Part shown: positions 63,795 to 64,000 of the stretch, piece by piece | Numbering within the stretch: position 1 is the stretch's first letter | How the letters are laid out: each line of letters begins with the position of its first letter | Origin: the human T2T-CHM13v2.0 reference genome, Homo sapiens | Length of the DNA stretch: 64,000 bases | NCBI RefSeq assembly: GCF_009914755.1 | Contig: NC_060943.1 | Strand: one strand, 5' to 3' | The notes under the pieces: model-generated | What the model was told of the DNA's origin: nothing | Database searches by the model: none | The model's input: only the letters and a program-made list of their open reading frames with translations | Position numbers and translations under genes: made by a program

Positions 63795-64000
63795 CCCCTC
63801 CCCAGCCCCCAGCACCCATTATTCTGCTTTCTGTCTTTATGAATGTGATGACTCTAGGAACCTCACATAAGTGGGATCATACAGAATGTGTCCTTTTGTG
63901 ACTGCCTTATTTCACTTAGCACACTGTCCTCAACGTTCACCCACATTGTAGCATGTGTCACAATGTCCTTCCTTTTTAAGGCTGAATAATATTCCATTGT
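63795..64000 (-). mobile_element. L1M-type 3' fragment
   Basis: gactctaggaacctcacataagtgg...ttatttcacttagc...ttttaaggctgaataatattccattgt. Confidence 0.8.

Overview
Human (or very close primate) genomic DNA carrying the 5' half of MUC16 (CA125) on the minus strand. I resolved seven coding exons from GT-AG boundaries and phase continuity: exon 1 CDS 54894-45420 (9475 nt), exon 2 43635-43531 (105 nt), exon 3 40918-19226 (21693 nt), exon 4 17401-17288 (114 nt), exon 5 13317-8638 (4680 nt), and two 36-nt microexons at 6536-6501 and 1433-1398. Together they give about 12,046 codons of Ser/Thr/Pro-rich mucin, and the SEA-repeat part lies beyond the left edge. Introns are dense in Alu, L1, MIR, L2, MER20/Charlie and an MST LTR. 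Main unexplained signal: the conventional 'exon 1' has no signal peptide and no obvious promoter, and its frame stays open 68 codons upstream to a splice-acceptor-like AG. The 9 kb upstream holds a chain of exon-shaped, mucin-like segments: one intact 99-nt paralog of linker exons 2/4 and several decayed or Alu-interrupted PTS exon relics. This suggests MUC16 had, or still has, a longer N-terminal exon array. Coordinates were counted by hand, and repeat family names come from recalled consensus sequences, not a search.
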